A stretch of 64,000 bases of DNA from Actinomycetes bacterium (GTDB lineage Bacteria; Actinomycetota; Acidimicrobiia; Acidimicrobiales; Bog-793): the NCBI GenBank assembly GCA_021818615.1, contig JAKATT010000136.1:37981-101980 (forward strand). The letters run 5' to 3'. Both the position numbers and the translations under genes were made by a program. The notes beneath the pieces are model-generated. The model ran no database searches, was not told the origin of the DNA, and was given only the letters and a program-made list of their open reading frames with translations. The first letter of the stretch is position 1; each line of letters starts with the position of its first letter. Shown in pieces: positions 17,572 through 27,152 of this stretch.

Positions 17572-18820
17572 CCTCGTAAGAGAACGCGAGGTCGCCGATA
17601 CGGACCGAGTCGCCTTCCCGGGCGCCCGCTCGAGCGAGGGCGCGGTCAACACCGATCCGCTTGAGGCGTCTCTGCACATGTGCAAGAGCGTCAGGATCCG
17701 TAAGGTCCGAGACAGCGACGGCCCGCACCGCCTCCCGGCCCGACACGACCCAGGTCGTGCCGTCTCGCCCCACCTCTATGCCGCCGCTGTCCGGACGGTG
17801 GGTCACGACGCTGCGCCGCGGTGCCGGGGTGGCGGCGCGAGCCTCGCTCACCATCGCGGCCAGGCGCTGGACGAGCTCGGCCATGTGCTCACCGGTGACG
17901 GCCGAGATCTCGAGCTCACCACCGTAGCCGGCGGGCTCTGGCCGTTCCGCCACCGGCACTGCGTCGACCTTCGAGCCGACGACGAGACGGGGGCGGCCAA
18001 GCAGCTCGGGACGGAACTGCCTCAGCTCGTCAAGGAGCACCGAGACCTGCTCGGGCGGGTCGAGCTCACCTGAGGCGAGATCTGCCAGAACAAGAAGTAT
18101 GCGGGCTCTCTGGACATGCCGCAGGAAGCGGTGACCGAGACCGCGGCCCTCGGCCGCTCCTTCGACGAGCCCGGGGATGTCGGCGATGACGAACTGGGAT
18201 CTGTCCCCGTCCGTCTCGACGACGCCTAGGTGCGGCTGCAGAGTCGTGAATGGGTAGTCGGCGATCTTCGGCCGGGCAGCCGAGACGGCGGCAACGAGTG
18301 TCGACTTCCCTGCGTTGGGAAAGCCGACGACAGCGACGTCTGCCATCAGCTCGAGCTCGAGGTCGAGCCAGCGCTCCTCGCCGAGCTCCCCTTGCTCGGC
18401 GAAGGCCGGAGCTCTCAATCTGTTGGTGAGAAAGCGGGCATTGCCACGGCCCCCGCGCCCTCCTGCGGCAGCGAGGAAGCGATCGCCGGAGACGGCGAGG
18501 TCGGCAAGCACATCGCCTTCGGCCGAGCGCACGACCGTGCCCTCGGGCACGGCTACGACGAGGTCCGTGCCCCGCCGGCCGTGGCGGCGCTTTCCACCGC
18601 CGTGGGTGCCGTCACCGGCACGGCGATGCGGATGGTCCTCGAACGCGAGGAGGGAGGCCACCTGGTTCGAGGCCACCAGGTGGACGTCGCCGCCGGCACC
18701 GCCGTCGCCGCCGTCCGGGCCGCCCTTGGCGACGTGAGCCTCGCGCCGGAACGAGACGGCACCAGCTCCGCCGTTCCCCCCCCTCACGTGGACCTGGGCT
18801 TCGTCGACGAAGCCGGGCAT
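17564..18820 (-). CDS. obg: GTPase Obg/CgtA
   Basis: MPGFVDEAQVHVRGGNGGAGAVSFRRE..GGDGG (Obg fold); G1 GFPNAGKST; G3 DIPGLVEGA; C-terminal TGS-like tail. Confidence 0.95.
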   Translation of the reverse strand: MPGFVDEAQVHVRGGNGGAGAVSFRREAHVAKGGPDGGDGGAGGDVHLVASNQVASLLAFEDHPHRRAGDGTHGGGKRRHGRRGTDLVVAVPEGTVVRSAEGDVLADLAVSGDRFLAAAGGRGGRGNARFLTNRLRAPAFAEQGELGEERWLDLELELMADVAVVGFPNAGKSTLVAAVSAARPKIADYPFTTLQPHLGVVETDGDRSQFVIADIPGLVEGAAEGRGLGHRFLRHVQRARILLVLADLASGELDPPEQVSVLLDELRQFRPELLGRPRLVVGSKVDAVPVAERPEPAGYGGELEISAVTGEHMAELVQRLAAMVSEARAATPAPRRSVVTHRPDSGGIEVGRDGTTWVVSGREAVRAVAVSDLTDPDALAHVQRRLKRIGVDRALARAGAREGDSVRIGDLAFSYEDG

Positions 18821-18831
18821 CGGTCGCCTCC

Positions 18832-19395
18832 TCAGTTGAGGGAAGCGTCGACGGGATGGCGCGCGAGCACGGCCAGCCAGCCGCCCTGTCGTCTGAGGAC
18901 ACGCTCCCAGAGCGCCTCGGGGTCTGAGGCGAGCACATCCTCCGGAGAGCTCTCGAGCACGACCCAGGCTCCGGCCCCTATCTCCTCTTCCAGCTGTCCG
19001 GGGCCCCAGCCCGAATACCCGCTGAAGACTCGCAGGCCGCGCAGGCGGACCTCGATCTCGTCCGGCTCCTTGTGGAGGTCGACCGTGCCGAGATCGTCGA
19101 CGAGGTGTGAGTAGCCCTCGACGTCATCGCTCGGTCCCGAGGCGTTGCGCCCGACACAGATGGCCGCGTTCGGCTGCACAGGACCGCCGACGAACAGGAC
19201 GCCAGGGCTGGACGCGAGCGGGCTCCAGTGGGGCACGATCTCAGAGACCGGAGTCTCGCTCGGCCTGTTCAGCACCACTCCGAGAGCTCCGTCCTCGTCC
19301 GCGGCGAGCAGGAAGACCACGCTCCGGCGGAAGTTCGAGTCCTCGAGCGTCGGGGTCGCGACGAGGAGGCGGCCCCTTTCGGGAGGGGCTGGCAC
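18832..19395 (-). CDS. YqgE/AlgH family protein
   Basis: LLVATPTLEDSNFRRSVVFLLAADEDGALGVVLNRPS..VFSGYSGWGPGQLEEEI. Confidence 0.8.
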   Translation of the reverse strand: MPAPPERGRLLVATPTLEDSNFRRSVVFLLAADEDGALGVVLNRPSETPVSEIVPHWSPLASSPGVLFVGGPVQPNAAICVGRNASGPSDDVEGYSHLVDDLGTVDLHKEPDEIEVRLRGLRVFSGYSGWGPGQLEEEIGAGAWVVLESSPEDVLASDPEALWERVLRRQGGWLAVLARHPVDASLN

Positions 19396-19408
19396 GTGTC
19401 GCTCCCGG

Positions 19409-19693
19409 TCAGGAGTCTGTGGCCGCGAGTGCTCCGGCTGGCTCGAGCGGCACGATATCGACGAGGCGCCGCCCGTGCCTCCTACCGAACTTCACCCGGC
19501 CGTCCGCCTTGGCGAACAGCGTGTCATCCTTGCCGCGCCCGACGTTCTCGCCGGGATGGAAGTGGGTGCCGCGCTGGCGCACGATGATCGAACCGGCAAC
19601 GACGCGGGTCCCGTCGTAGACCTTCACCCCGAGACGCTGAGCTGCTGAGTCGCGGCCGTTGCGGGTGGAGCCGCCGCCCTTGGTCTTCGACAC
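19409..19693 (-). CDS. rpmA: 50S ribosomal protein L27
   Basis: [54 protein letters not shown]. Confidence 0.97.
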   Translation of the reverse strand: MSKTKGGGSTRNGRDSAAQRLGVKVYDGTRVVAGSIIVRQRGTHFHPGENVGRGKDDTLFAKADGRVKFGRRHGRRLVDIVPLEPAGALAATDS

Positions 19694-19705
19694 GTCGGAG
19701 CCTCC

Positions 19706-20029
19706 TCAAGCCTTCTTCGATGGTCCGGCGATAGCGGTGATCTCAAGCGTCGTGTAGCGCTGCCGGTGGCCGTAGCGCCGGCGCTGACGGGTCTTCGCCT
19801 TGTAGGTGAAGCCCGTGATCTTCGGGCCCTTCGAGTCGCCGACAACGGTCGCGCGCACGCTCGAAAGAGCGAGCTGCTGAGAAGCTGACACCACCTTGTC
19901 ACCGTCGACCAGCAGGAGAGGGACGAGCGACAGCTCCTCACCGGGCGCGACAGCCAACAGTTCGACGTCGACCTTCTCGCCGACCTCGACACGTTGCTGC
20001 TTGCCACCGGCGTCGATCACCGCATACAT
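19706..20029 (-). CDS. rplU: 50S ribosomal protein L21
   Basis: MYAVIDAGGKQQRVEVGEKVDVE..KITGFTYKAKTRQRRRYGHRQ. Confidence 0.95.
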   Translation of the reverse strand: MYAVIDAGGKQQRVEVGEKVDVELLAVAPGEELSLVPLLLVDGDKVVSASQQLALSSVRATVVGDSKGPKITGFTYKAKTRQRRRYGHRQRYTTLEITAIAGPSKKA

Positions 20030-20136
20030 AGGGATGTAACCCTAGCAAGCCCCAAAGGGGTGACCGGACGAGCACGGCAGCAGCAGAGGTGGCCCGGGCT
20101 CTACCGCCGGAGCGCGAAAGGCGCCACCAGCTCGGT

Positions 20137-22245
20137 TCAGCCGTCGCTGTCCCGGAAGATGATCCCCCTCCCGTTGCACATCGGGCAGGTCTCCGACAGC
20201 GTCTCGACCAGCCCCTCGCCCACACGCTTGCGGGTCATCTCGACCAGGCCGAGCTCCGAGATCTCATAGACCTGGGTCGGAGTCTTGTCACGGGCGAGGG
20301 CAGCCCGGAAGGCTGCCATCACCGCCTGGCGGTTCGCCTTGATCTCCATGTCGATGAAGTCGATGACGATGATGCCGCCGATGTCGCGCAACCTGAGCTG
20401 CCGGGCGATCTCGTCGGCAGCCTCGAGGTTGTTCTCGAAGACCGTCTCCTCGAGGCTCGAGGAGCCGACGTTCTTGCCGGTGTTCACGTCGATCACGGTG
20501 AGCGCCTCGGTCCGCTCGATGATGAGCGAGCCGCCAGAGGGCAGCCACACCTTGCGGTCGAGCGCCTTGTGGAGCTGCTCGTGGACGTGATGGCGCTCGA
20601 AGAGCGGAAGCGACTCGCTCGCCGTGTCATAGAGCTCGATGCGGTCGGCCAGCTCTGGGTCGAACTCGGCCACATACGCCTTCACCACCTCGTAGAGCTC
20701 CCGATCGTCGATGAGCACGGCGCGGTGTTCTTCGGTGAGCTCCTCGCGAATGATCCTCACTGCCATGTGCGGCTCGGAGTAGAGCAGCGCCGGAGCAGGC
20801 AGCCGACGCGCCCGCTCGTCGATCTCCTCCCAGCGCGCGACGAGCTGAGCGACGTCGCGCCTGAGGTCGTCCGCCGAGGCTCCGGCCGCGGCCGTTCGCA
20901 CGATGAGCCCGTGACCGTCGGGGCGAACCTCGTCGAGGACTCGCCGCAGTCGCTTGCGCTCGTTGTCGTCGAGGCGCCGGGAGATCCCGTACGTCTCCGA
21001 CTGCGGCACGAGCACCACGAACCGGCCCGGAAGCGAGACCTCCTGGGTCAGCCGGGCACCCTTCAAGCCGATCGGGTTCTTCGTCACCTGGCAGACGATC
21101 GTCTGGCCGGGTCGAAGCAGGTGCTCGATGCGGTCGGCTCCCGGTGTCCGCTCGATGTCGTCGCGGTCATAGGAGACGTCACCCCAGTAGAGGACGGCGT
21201 TCTTCGGCGTGCCGATGTCGACGAAGGCAGCCTCCATCCCGGGAAGGACGTTCTTCACCCGGCCCCGGTAGATGTTGCCGATGATCTGGAGCGAGTCGTC
21301 CTGCGGGCGAGCGACGTAGTGCTCGACGAGCGTGCGGCCCTCGAGAACGGCGATGTGGGTCGCACCTGGCTCGACGCGCACACACATGAGGTAGCGACCG
21401 AGTGCCCGACCGCTCCGCCGCTCGGCGGCCAGCCTGGGGCCGCCTGCAAGGGGTGAACCCGGTGCGACCGGCACGCCGTCAGTCCCCGCCTCGCCAGGCG
21501 CCGGCTGCGCACGCGTCCTGGTTACGCCAGAGCCCGAGCCGGAACCGCCCCCGGAACCGGCCTGTGGGCCGGCACCGGCGGCAGCTGCACCGGCACCCTG
21601 CCCCCCGCCTGAGGGGCGCCGCCGGCCCCGACCACCGCGACGACGTCGGGATGCGTTGCTCGAGCCGGATTGCCCTGTCTCACCGCCCAGAGCGGCCCCG
21701 CTGCTCTTCCCGCTGCCGCGGCGCGCGCTCCCAGCGCTGCCCCGGCCGCTCTGGCCGCGCGCGCCACCCTCGCCAGGGCGCGGAGGCGGAACAGGGGACG
21801 GCGCTGGCCGGGTATCGCCAATACGCGGCTTCGCAATCTCACTGCCGGCATCGGCACGCACAGCTGGAGGCGATGCTCCGGGCGGGTGTGGGTCTCCCGC
21901 CCGCCCCTCACCGGTCTTGACGCCGGTGCGTGCAGGCCCCTCCGGAGGTCGGGGCTCGGCTCCATCTGCGCCGGGTCTCGGCGAGGCACCGGCCGCTTGG
22001 CGACCGGGTGTTCCAGTGGTCGCCGGCTCGGCGTGGCGGTCCGGGGCGTTCGGCCCCGGGATCGCCTCGTCCGGCGTCCGGCGTCCGGACATCGGGTCCG
22101 ACATCGGGAAGATCCCTTCTCGAGGGCGCGGCGATACGCGCCGTGTGCACCCGGCGGGCGGTGCCTCCGGCGCGCCGGTGGCGACGCCGTGCAAGCCGAC
22201 CCGGGGTGCCGAATTCAGCAACGAGCACAGTGTCCCGGTCGTCAC
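20137..22245 (-). CDS. rne: Ribonuclease E/G family with long R/G/S/P-rich N-terminal extension
   Basis: S1 plus catalytic core IGNIYRGRVKNVLPGMEAAFVDIG..VTKNPIGLKGARLT..VIDVNTGK..IIVIDFIDM; C-terminal CPMCNGRG. Real start possibly ATG 22104 (MSDPMSGRR). Confidence 0.85.
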   Translation of the reverse strand: MTTGTLCSLLNSAPRVGLHGVATGAPEAPPAGCTRRVSPRPREGIFPMSDPMSGRRTPDEAIPGPNAPDRHAEPATTGTPGRQAAGASPRPGADGAEPRPPEGPARTGVKTGEGRAGDPHPPGASPPAVRADAGSEIAKPRIGDTRPAPSPVPPPRPGEGGARGQSGRGSAGSARRGSGKSSGAALGGETGQSGSSNASRRRRGGRGRRRPSGGGQGAGAAAAGAGPQAGSGGGSGSGSGVTRTRAQPAPGEAGTDGVPVAPGSPLAGGPRLAAERRSGRALGRYLMCVRVEPGATHIAVLEGRTLVEHYVARPQDDSLQIIGNIYRGRVKNVLPGMEAAFVDIGTPKNAVLYWGDVSYDRDDIERTPGADRIEHLLRPGQTIVCQVTKNPIGLKGARLTQEVSLPGRFVVLVPQSETYGISRRLDDNERKRLRRVLDEVRPDGHGLIVRTAAAGASADDLRRDVAQLVARWEEIDERARRLPAPALLYSEPHMAVRIIREELTEEHRAVLIDDRELYEVVKAYVAEFDPELADRIELYDTASESLPLFERHHVHEQLHKALDRKVWLPSGGSLIIERTEALTVIDVNTGKNVGSSSLEETVFENNLEAADEIARQLRLRDIGGIIVIDFIDMEIKANRQAVMAAFRAALARDKTPTQVYEISELGLVEMTRKRVGEGLVETLSETCPMCNGRGIIFRDSDG

Positions 22246-22390
22246 TCGTGGCCTGTGAGGTGGGATCGAGGGTGACCCAGCGCTCGAGGAGCACCACGAG
22301 GACGGTGGAGGCGATGAGCGCGGGAACCACCGACAGCAGCTGCCGGGGCCGTCGCTTCGTCGTCATCCTGGTCAGCAGTGTACCTGTCAT
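21908..22390 (-). CDS. Possible small membrane-anchored protein (only the first ~65 codons look protein-like)
   Basis: GGAGG 5 nt upstream of ATG 22390. MTGTLLTRMTTKRRPRQLL plus TM SVVPALIASTVLVVLL. The frame has no stop until 21908 and runs over the rne 5' region in another frame. Confidence 0.3.
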   Translation of the reverse strand: MTGTLLTRMTTKRRPRQLLSVVPALIASTVLVVLLERWVTLDPTSQATSDDRDTVLVAEFGTPGRLARRRHRRAGGTARRVHTARIAAPSRRDLPDVGPDVRTPDAGRGDPGAERPGPPRRAGDHWNTRSPSGRCLAETRRRWSRAPTSGGACTHRRQDR

Positions 22391-22412
22391 GTGGCCTCCG
22401 CCAGGGTCTCGC

Positions 22413-24548
22413 TCAGTTACCGAACGGGCTCAGGTGGAAGCTCACCTGTCCGACAGGATGGTTGATGAGATACTGGAAGACCTGCCGGGCGACCGGCGCC
22501 GCGGCAGACGCCCCGTACCCGGCGTGCGGGATCACGACGGCTACGACGTATCGAGGTGCTGACGTCGAGCCCGTCGCCGGACCGAACGCCACGAACAAGG
22601 CAGTGGGGGGGGCGTTCGGGTTGTTGCTCGTAGTCGCCGTCCCGGTCTTGCCGGCAAGGGGAAGCTTCGAATAGGGGTACGGAGGATTGGTTCCGGCGAA
22701 GACCGACCCGGCTGTGCCTGTCGCGACATTCGTGATCGCACCTTCGAAACCGGACAGCATCGCCTGGTAGTTGGTCGGCGAGATCGTCACGTGCCCGAGG
22801 ACCTTCGGCTTGAACACCCGGACCACCCTGCCCGCGGGAGAGACGATCCCAGCCGCCACCTCGGGGGCGTACCGGGTCCCGCCATTGGCGAAGGTCGCGT
22901 ACGCCGTTGCGAGCTGCAGTGGCGTGATGAGGGTTTCGCCCTGGCCGAAGGCCATGTTCACGTTGTCGCCCGCGCCGTAGTAGACGTAGGGGAACGCCTT
23001 GGGAGCCTCGGCGTGCTGCAGCTTGCGAAGCGCCGGTGAGTCAACCTGACCCGAGTACTCACCGGGGAGGTCTACGCCGGTCGAGGTACCGAACCCGTAG
23101 GCGGAGGCATATTTCTGGATGGGCATCGTGCCGAAGCGACTGGCCGAAGCCCAGAAGTCGTAGCCAAGCGTGTAGAAGAAGACGTCGTCCGACGCGGTGA
23201 TCGCGGTCGTTATGTCGATCGGCCCCAGCACGACGCCGTCGCCGTTGATGAAGGTGCAGCCACTGCCTGCACAGGGAGGCGGGATGGTGAAGCTGCCGGT
23301 GTCGTTGATGATCGTGCTCGGAGTGATGAGACCGTCCTGGAGCGCAGCAGTGGCGGTGGCGAGCTTGAACGTCGACCCGGGCGTGTAGAGGCCCTGGATC
23401 GCCCTGTTCAGGAGCGGCTGATTGTTCCGCGGGCTCGTGATGTACCGGTAATGAGCCTCCGAGATGCCGCCGACCCACCAGGCGGGGTTGTACGTCGGCG
23501 CCGACTCCATGGCGAGCACGGCGCCGTTCTGCGGGTCGAGGACCACGACGGAGCCTGACGTGACAGGCAGGCCCTGGCTCTGCAGGCTGGAGAGCTGGGC
23601 ATCAAGTGCCTTCTGCACCTCCTCTTGCAGGCCGACGTCGATGTTGGTGACGACGCTGTCGCCGATCACGGGCGAATAGGTGACGGGCGTTCCGACCGGG
23701 TCACCGGCGGCATCGACTCGCAGGATCTCGTGTCCGGCACGGCCGTGCAACCACCGCTCGTACTGAGCCTCTATCCCCGATTGCCCGATGACGTCGCTCG
23801 GGACGTAGCCGTACTTCGCAAGAGCCTTGAGCTCGCTCGCGCTGATGTCTGCGACGTAGCCGAGCGTCTGGGCCGCAAGGTCGCCGAAGGGATAGGTCCG
23901 CTCGGCCACGTAGCTCACCGCCACCCCGGGAAAGAGCGACTGGTGCTCGGACAGGTAGACGATCGCGCTCTCGGGGACGCCGACCTCGACGGGAACCGGC
24001 TCATAGATGCTGTCCTGCTGGTTGGCAAGGTCAGCGCGGATCTGGCGGACGGTGATGGCGAGCTCGACGGCAAGGCGTTGCACGACGGCCGGGTCGGCAA
24101 GTGCGACCTGGCGGTTCAGCGTCACCACCGGCTCGACCTTGTCCCCGACGAGCACCGCGCCGTTGCGGGCGACGATAAGGCCGCGCGGCGGCGAGATCGG
24201 CACGCTGCGCGTGACGAGGTTGAGCGCCTCGGCGTGGTACTTCGACCCCTCCAACACCTGCAGCGACCAGAGTCGCACGAGCATCGCCGAGAAGAGCCCG
24301 AGGATCACGACGCCCATGATCGTGAGACGGAGACCGACGTGGACCGTTTCGCTCCGACGCTGCTGCTCCTTCTCCTCGTCTTCGAGGCGCTTCAGCGGGC
24401 TCGAAGAGACGACCTTCTGCCACCCCCGCTCCGGGCGACCGTCCTCGTCGAGCGACCGGGGCGGGAGCACCGGGCTGCGCGGAGCCCCCGACCGGGACGG
24501 CGGCAGGGGCCGAGTGCCGCTTGAGTGCCGAGTGGCTCTGCCCGTCAT
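22413..24548 (-). CDS. mrdA: Penicillin-binding protein 2 (elongasome transpeptidase)
   Basis: TM LTIMGVVILGLFSAMLV; PGSTFK (SxxK); GKTGTA (KTG). ATG 24548 overlaps mreD stop (ATGA); the upstream 177 codons of the ORF are a shadow over mreD. Confidence 0.9.
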   Translation of the reverse strand: MTGRATRHSSGTRPLPPSRSGAPRSPVLPPRSLDEDGRPERGWQKVVSSSPLKRLEDEEKEQQRRSETVHVGLRLTIMGVVILGLFSAMLVRLWSLQVLEGSKYHAEALNLVTRSVPISPPRGLIVARNGAVLVGDKVEPVVTLNRQVALADPAVVQRLAVELAITVRQIRADLANQQDSIYEPVPVEVGVPESAIVYLSEHQSLFPGVAVSYVAERTYPFGDLAAQTLGYVADISASELKALAKYGYVPSDVIGQSGIEAQYERWLHGRAGHEILRVDAAGDPVGTPVTYSPVIGDSVVTNIDVGLQEEVQKALDAQLSSLQSQGLPVTSGSVVVLDPQNGAVLAMESAPTYNPAWWVGGISEAHYRYITSPRNNQPLLNRAIQGLYTPGSTFKLATATAALQDGLITPSTIINDTGSFTIPPPCAGSGCTFINGDGVVLGPIDITTAITASDDVFFYTLGYDFWASASRFGTMPIQKYASAYGFGTSTGVDLPGEYSGQVDSPALRKLQHAEAPKAFPYVYYGAGDNVNMAFGQGETLITPLQLATAYATFANGGTRYAPEVAAGIVSPAGRVVRVFKPKVLGHVTISPTNYQAMLSGFEGAITNVATGTAGSVFAGTNPPYPYSKLPLAGKTGTATTSNNPNAPPTALFVAFGPATGSTSAPRYVVAVVIPHAGYGASAAAPVARQVFQYLINHPVGQVSFHLSPFGN

Positions 24549-25093
24549 CGGCTGGTAGCGCTGCCACCGGCGAGGCTCGCAAGGTCGCGCGACGATCCCG
24601 AGCTGCCGGCGGTCACCGCCCAGGTGACGAGCGCCGCAGTCGGGATGACCAGGATTGCGTTCCCCACCGCCACGACGAGGCAGATCACGAGAGTCGCGCC
24701 GAGATCCAGGTGGGGCTGACCGAGCAGCGTCTCCAACCCCGCGTAGAGAAGGGTGCCACCGATGCTGCCAAGCAAAGCCGTCACGACCTTGAAGCTGTAT
24801 GGCGCCCTCCCACCTGGCAGTCCGGCGGCAAGGCCGACCGCGAAGGCCACAAGGACGAAACAGAGCGCTGAGAGCCCGTAGGGTGTCGGCACGAACAGGT
24901 CGGCGACGAGACCGCTGACAAAGGCCATGACCGATCCGAGCTGGGGACCGGCGGCGAGACCGCACACGACCGCGACGAGGAGGAACAGGTCGGGATGGGC
25001 GCCTGCCACCGTGATGCCGTCGAGCACGCCCACCTGAACGACTGCGACGAGGACGAGGACCCCGACAAAGCGAAGCCATCCACGAAGCGTCAC
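24545..25093 (-). CDS. mreD: Rod shape-determining protein MreD
   Basis: About 180-aa polytopic membrane protein (FVGVLVLVAVVQV.., LFLLVAVVCGLAAG..) in the canonical slot between mreC and pbp2. Confidence 0.75.
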   Translation of the reverse strand: MTLRGWLRFVGVLVLVAVVQVGVLDGITVAGAHPDLFLLVAVVCGLAAGPQLGSVMAFVSGLVADLFVPTPYGLSALCFVLVAFAVGLAAGLPGGRAPYSFKVVTALLGSIGGTLLYAGLETLLGQPHLDLGATLVICLVVAVGNAILVIPTAALVTWAVTAGSSGSSRDLASLAGGSATSR

Positions 25094-25106
25094 GGCCTCA
25101 ATCCTG

Positions 25107-25946
25107 CTAGGCCGGCGGTAGCCATTGCATGACAGCCACGTACTGGGTGTTCGTGAAGGACGCGAACGGCTGGACTAGGACGGTACGGGTGAGGCTGCCA
25201 CCCGCCGGCCCCACCGAGGAGATGTAGCCGACCGGGATGCCGGACGGATAGGAGTCCGCCCCCATGAGTCCGCTCGTGTAGACGCGCTGGCCGATCCTCG
25301 GCGACATGCTCGCAGTCACGTACTCGAGACGGAGCGGGTCGCCTGAGCCCTGGCCGACCGCGACGGCGACGGAGTTGCCCGTCCCGAGACGCACGCCGAC
25401 GGCTGAGGCCGGGTCGGTCAACAGCCTCACCATGGAGGTGACGTGGCCCGCTGAGATGACCGTGCCCACCAAGCCGGCACCGGCGACCACCGGCATCCCG
25501 ACGCCGACACCGTTGGAGGTGCCGCGGTTGATCTCGAAGGTGAGCTCGAAGTTCGAGGACGAGCCCGAGAGCACTTCGGCGAGCTCGGTCGGGATGTTCT
25601 GGACGAAAGGAAGGTGCTCTTCGGCCAGCACCTGCTGCAGCTGGTGCTCAGCCTGGGCGTTCTCGAGCACCTGGCGCCGCAGCGCCCCGATCTCTTCTTG
25701 CAGGCGGGCGTTCTCCGAGACTGCCGAACCGTAGTTCACGGCACCCGAGAAGAAGTCGCCGATCGGGTGAAGTGCGGCCGAGAGCGCCCGCTGGACCGGC
25801 GAGATCATGTCGCGTGCTGCATTGCGGATCGAGCCGATGTCATGGCTCGCCGTGCCCCGGTAGTCGAGCGTGATAACCGTGACGGACGCGAGCAGCAAGA
25901 TGACGAGGGTAAGGCGCTGGCTCGTATTGCGGCGCGTCGTAGCCAA
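25107..25946 (-). CDS. mreC: Rod shape-determining protein MreC
   Basis: N-terminal TM, coiled coil (ENARLQEEIGALRRQVLE), then beta-domain GMPVVAGAGLVGTVISAG..VRLLTD. Confidence 0.85.
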   Translation of the reverse strand: MATTRRNTSQRLTLVILLLASVTVITLDYRGTASHDIGSIRNAARDMISPVQRALSAALHPIGDFFSGAVNYGSAVSENARLQEEIGALRRQVLENAQAEHQLQQVLAEEHLPFVQNIPTELAEVLSGSSSNFELTFEINRGTSNGVGVGMPVVAGAGLVGTVISAGHVTSMVRLLTDPASAVGVRLGTGNSVAVAVGQGSGDPLRLEYVTASMSPRIGQRVYTSGLMGADSYPSGIPVGYISSVGPAGGSLTRTVLVQPFASFTNTQYVAVMQWLPPA

Positions 25947-25959
25947 CGCGACCCCGGGA

Positions 25960-26991
25960 TCAGCGGTTGGAGGAGGAGATGAGGACCTGCTTCAGGGCCT
26001 CGAACTCCTCGAGGCACATCCCGCTTCCGAGCGCCACGCAATTGAGCGGGTCTGGCGCGACCACGATCGGCATGTGCGTCTCCGCCTGCAGCCTGACGTC
26101 CAAGCCGTGCAGGAGGGCTCCGCCGCCAGTGAGGACTATGCCCTGCTCCATGATGTCGGCAGCCAGCTCGGGTGGGCAGCGATCGAGGGTCACCTTGACG
26201 GCGTCGACGATCGCCGCCACCGGCTCCTCGATCGCCTTGCGGATCTCCTCAGTCGTCGTCACGACGGTCTTCGGCAGCCCGGTCACAAGGTCACGGCCCC
26301 TGATCTCGGCATGCAACTCCTCCTCGAGCTCGCAGGCCGAGCCGAGCGCGATCTTGATCTCCTCCGCCGTCCGCTCGCCGAGGGCGAGCGAGTACTCCTT
26401 CTTCACGAACGAGATGATCGCCTCGTCCAGCTCGTCACCGCCGATGCGGATCGACTGGCTGACGACGATGCCACCGAGGGAGATGACGGCGACCTCGGTC
26501 GTGCCACCGCCGATGTCGACCACCATGTTTCCAGTCGGCTCGTGGATCGGCAGCCCTGCGCCGATCGCCGCTGCCATCGGCTCCTCGACTATGTACGCCT
26601 TTCGGGCGCCGGCATACTCCGCGGCTTCCTGGACGGCACGCTTCTCGACGCCCGTGATACCTGACGGAACGCAGATGACCATGCGGGGCTTGGAGAAGCG
26701 CCGCGGGTGGACCCGCCGTATGAAGTAACGCAGCATCATCTCGCAGATCTCGAAGTCCGCTATCACCCCGTCTTTGAGCGGGCGGATCGCCTGGATGTTG
26801 CTCGGGGTGCGCCCGATCATCCGTTTCGCCTCGACACCAACGGCGAGCGGGTGCCCGTCCTTCACGTTGATGGCGACGACGGAAGGCTCGTTGAGGACGA
26901 TCCCCTTGCCCCGGACGTACACCAACGTGTTGGCGGTTCCGAGGTCCACGGCCATGTCGCGGCCAATAAAAGAGAAACTGTTCTCGGTCAT
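25960..26991 (-). CDS. mreB: Rod shape-determining protein MreB
   Basis: IGRDMAVDLGTANTLVY, VICVPSGITGVEKRAV, VVDIGGGTTEVAVISLGG, GIVLTGGGALL. Confidence 0.97.
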   Translation of the reverse strand: MTENSFSFIGRDMAVDLGTANTLVYVRGKGIVLNEPSVVAINVKDGHPLAVGVEAKRMIGRTPSNIQAIRPLKDGVIADFEICEMMLRYFIRRVHPRRFSKPRMVICVPSGITGVEKRAVQEAAEYAGARKAYIVEEPMAAAIGAGLPIHEPTGNMVVDIGGGTTEVAVISLGGIVVSQSIRIGGDELDEAIISFVKKEYSLALGERTAEEIKIALGSACELEEELHAEIRGRDLVTGLPKTVVTTTEEIRKAIEEPVAAIVDAVKVTLDRCPPELAADIMEQGIVLTGGGALLHGLDVRLQAETHMPIVVAPDPLNCVALGSGMCLEEFEALKQVLISSSNR

Positions 26992-27109
26992 GAAATCAGG
27001 TGCTCCAGGGGACTCGGAAAGCGATCAGCTCAAAGGCTAAGGGATCGTCTCGATTCGGACAAGGCGCCCCCTCATCGCCCGACCAAGGTTACTCGTTCGA
27101 CGCGCCCCT

Positions 27110-27130
27110 CCGTCCGCGGGGTACGGACGG
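27110..27130 (-). terminator. Hairpin downstream of ndk
   Basis: CCGTCCG-CGGGGTA-CGGACGG (7-bp stem) 23 nt past the ndk stop. No U-tract, so weak evidence. Confidence 0.25.
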
Positions 27131-27152
27131 CTCGTCGACCCTCGAGGAAGGC

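Noticed and set aside
18832-19395. yqgE/algH between rpmA and obg as an unusual insertion
   Set aside because: This is a widely conserved housekeeping family of unknown role. Nothing in the sequence is anomalous, and I cannot show by eye that the position is unusual for this lineage.
24549-25079. Extension of the pbp2 ORF to 888 aa
   Set aside because: The extra 177 codons overlap mreD out of frame and are Arg-rich. ATG 24548 gives the normal cytoplasmic tail, TM anchor and an ATGA coupling to mreD.
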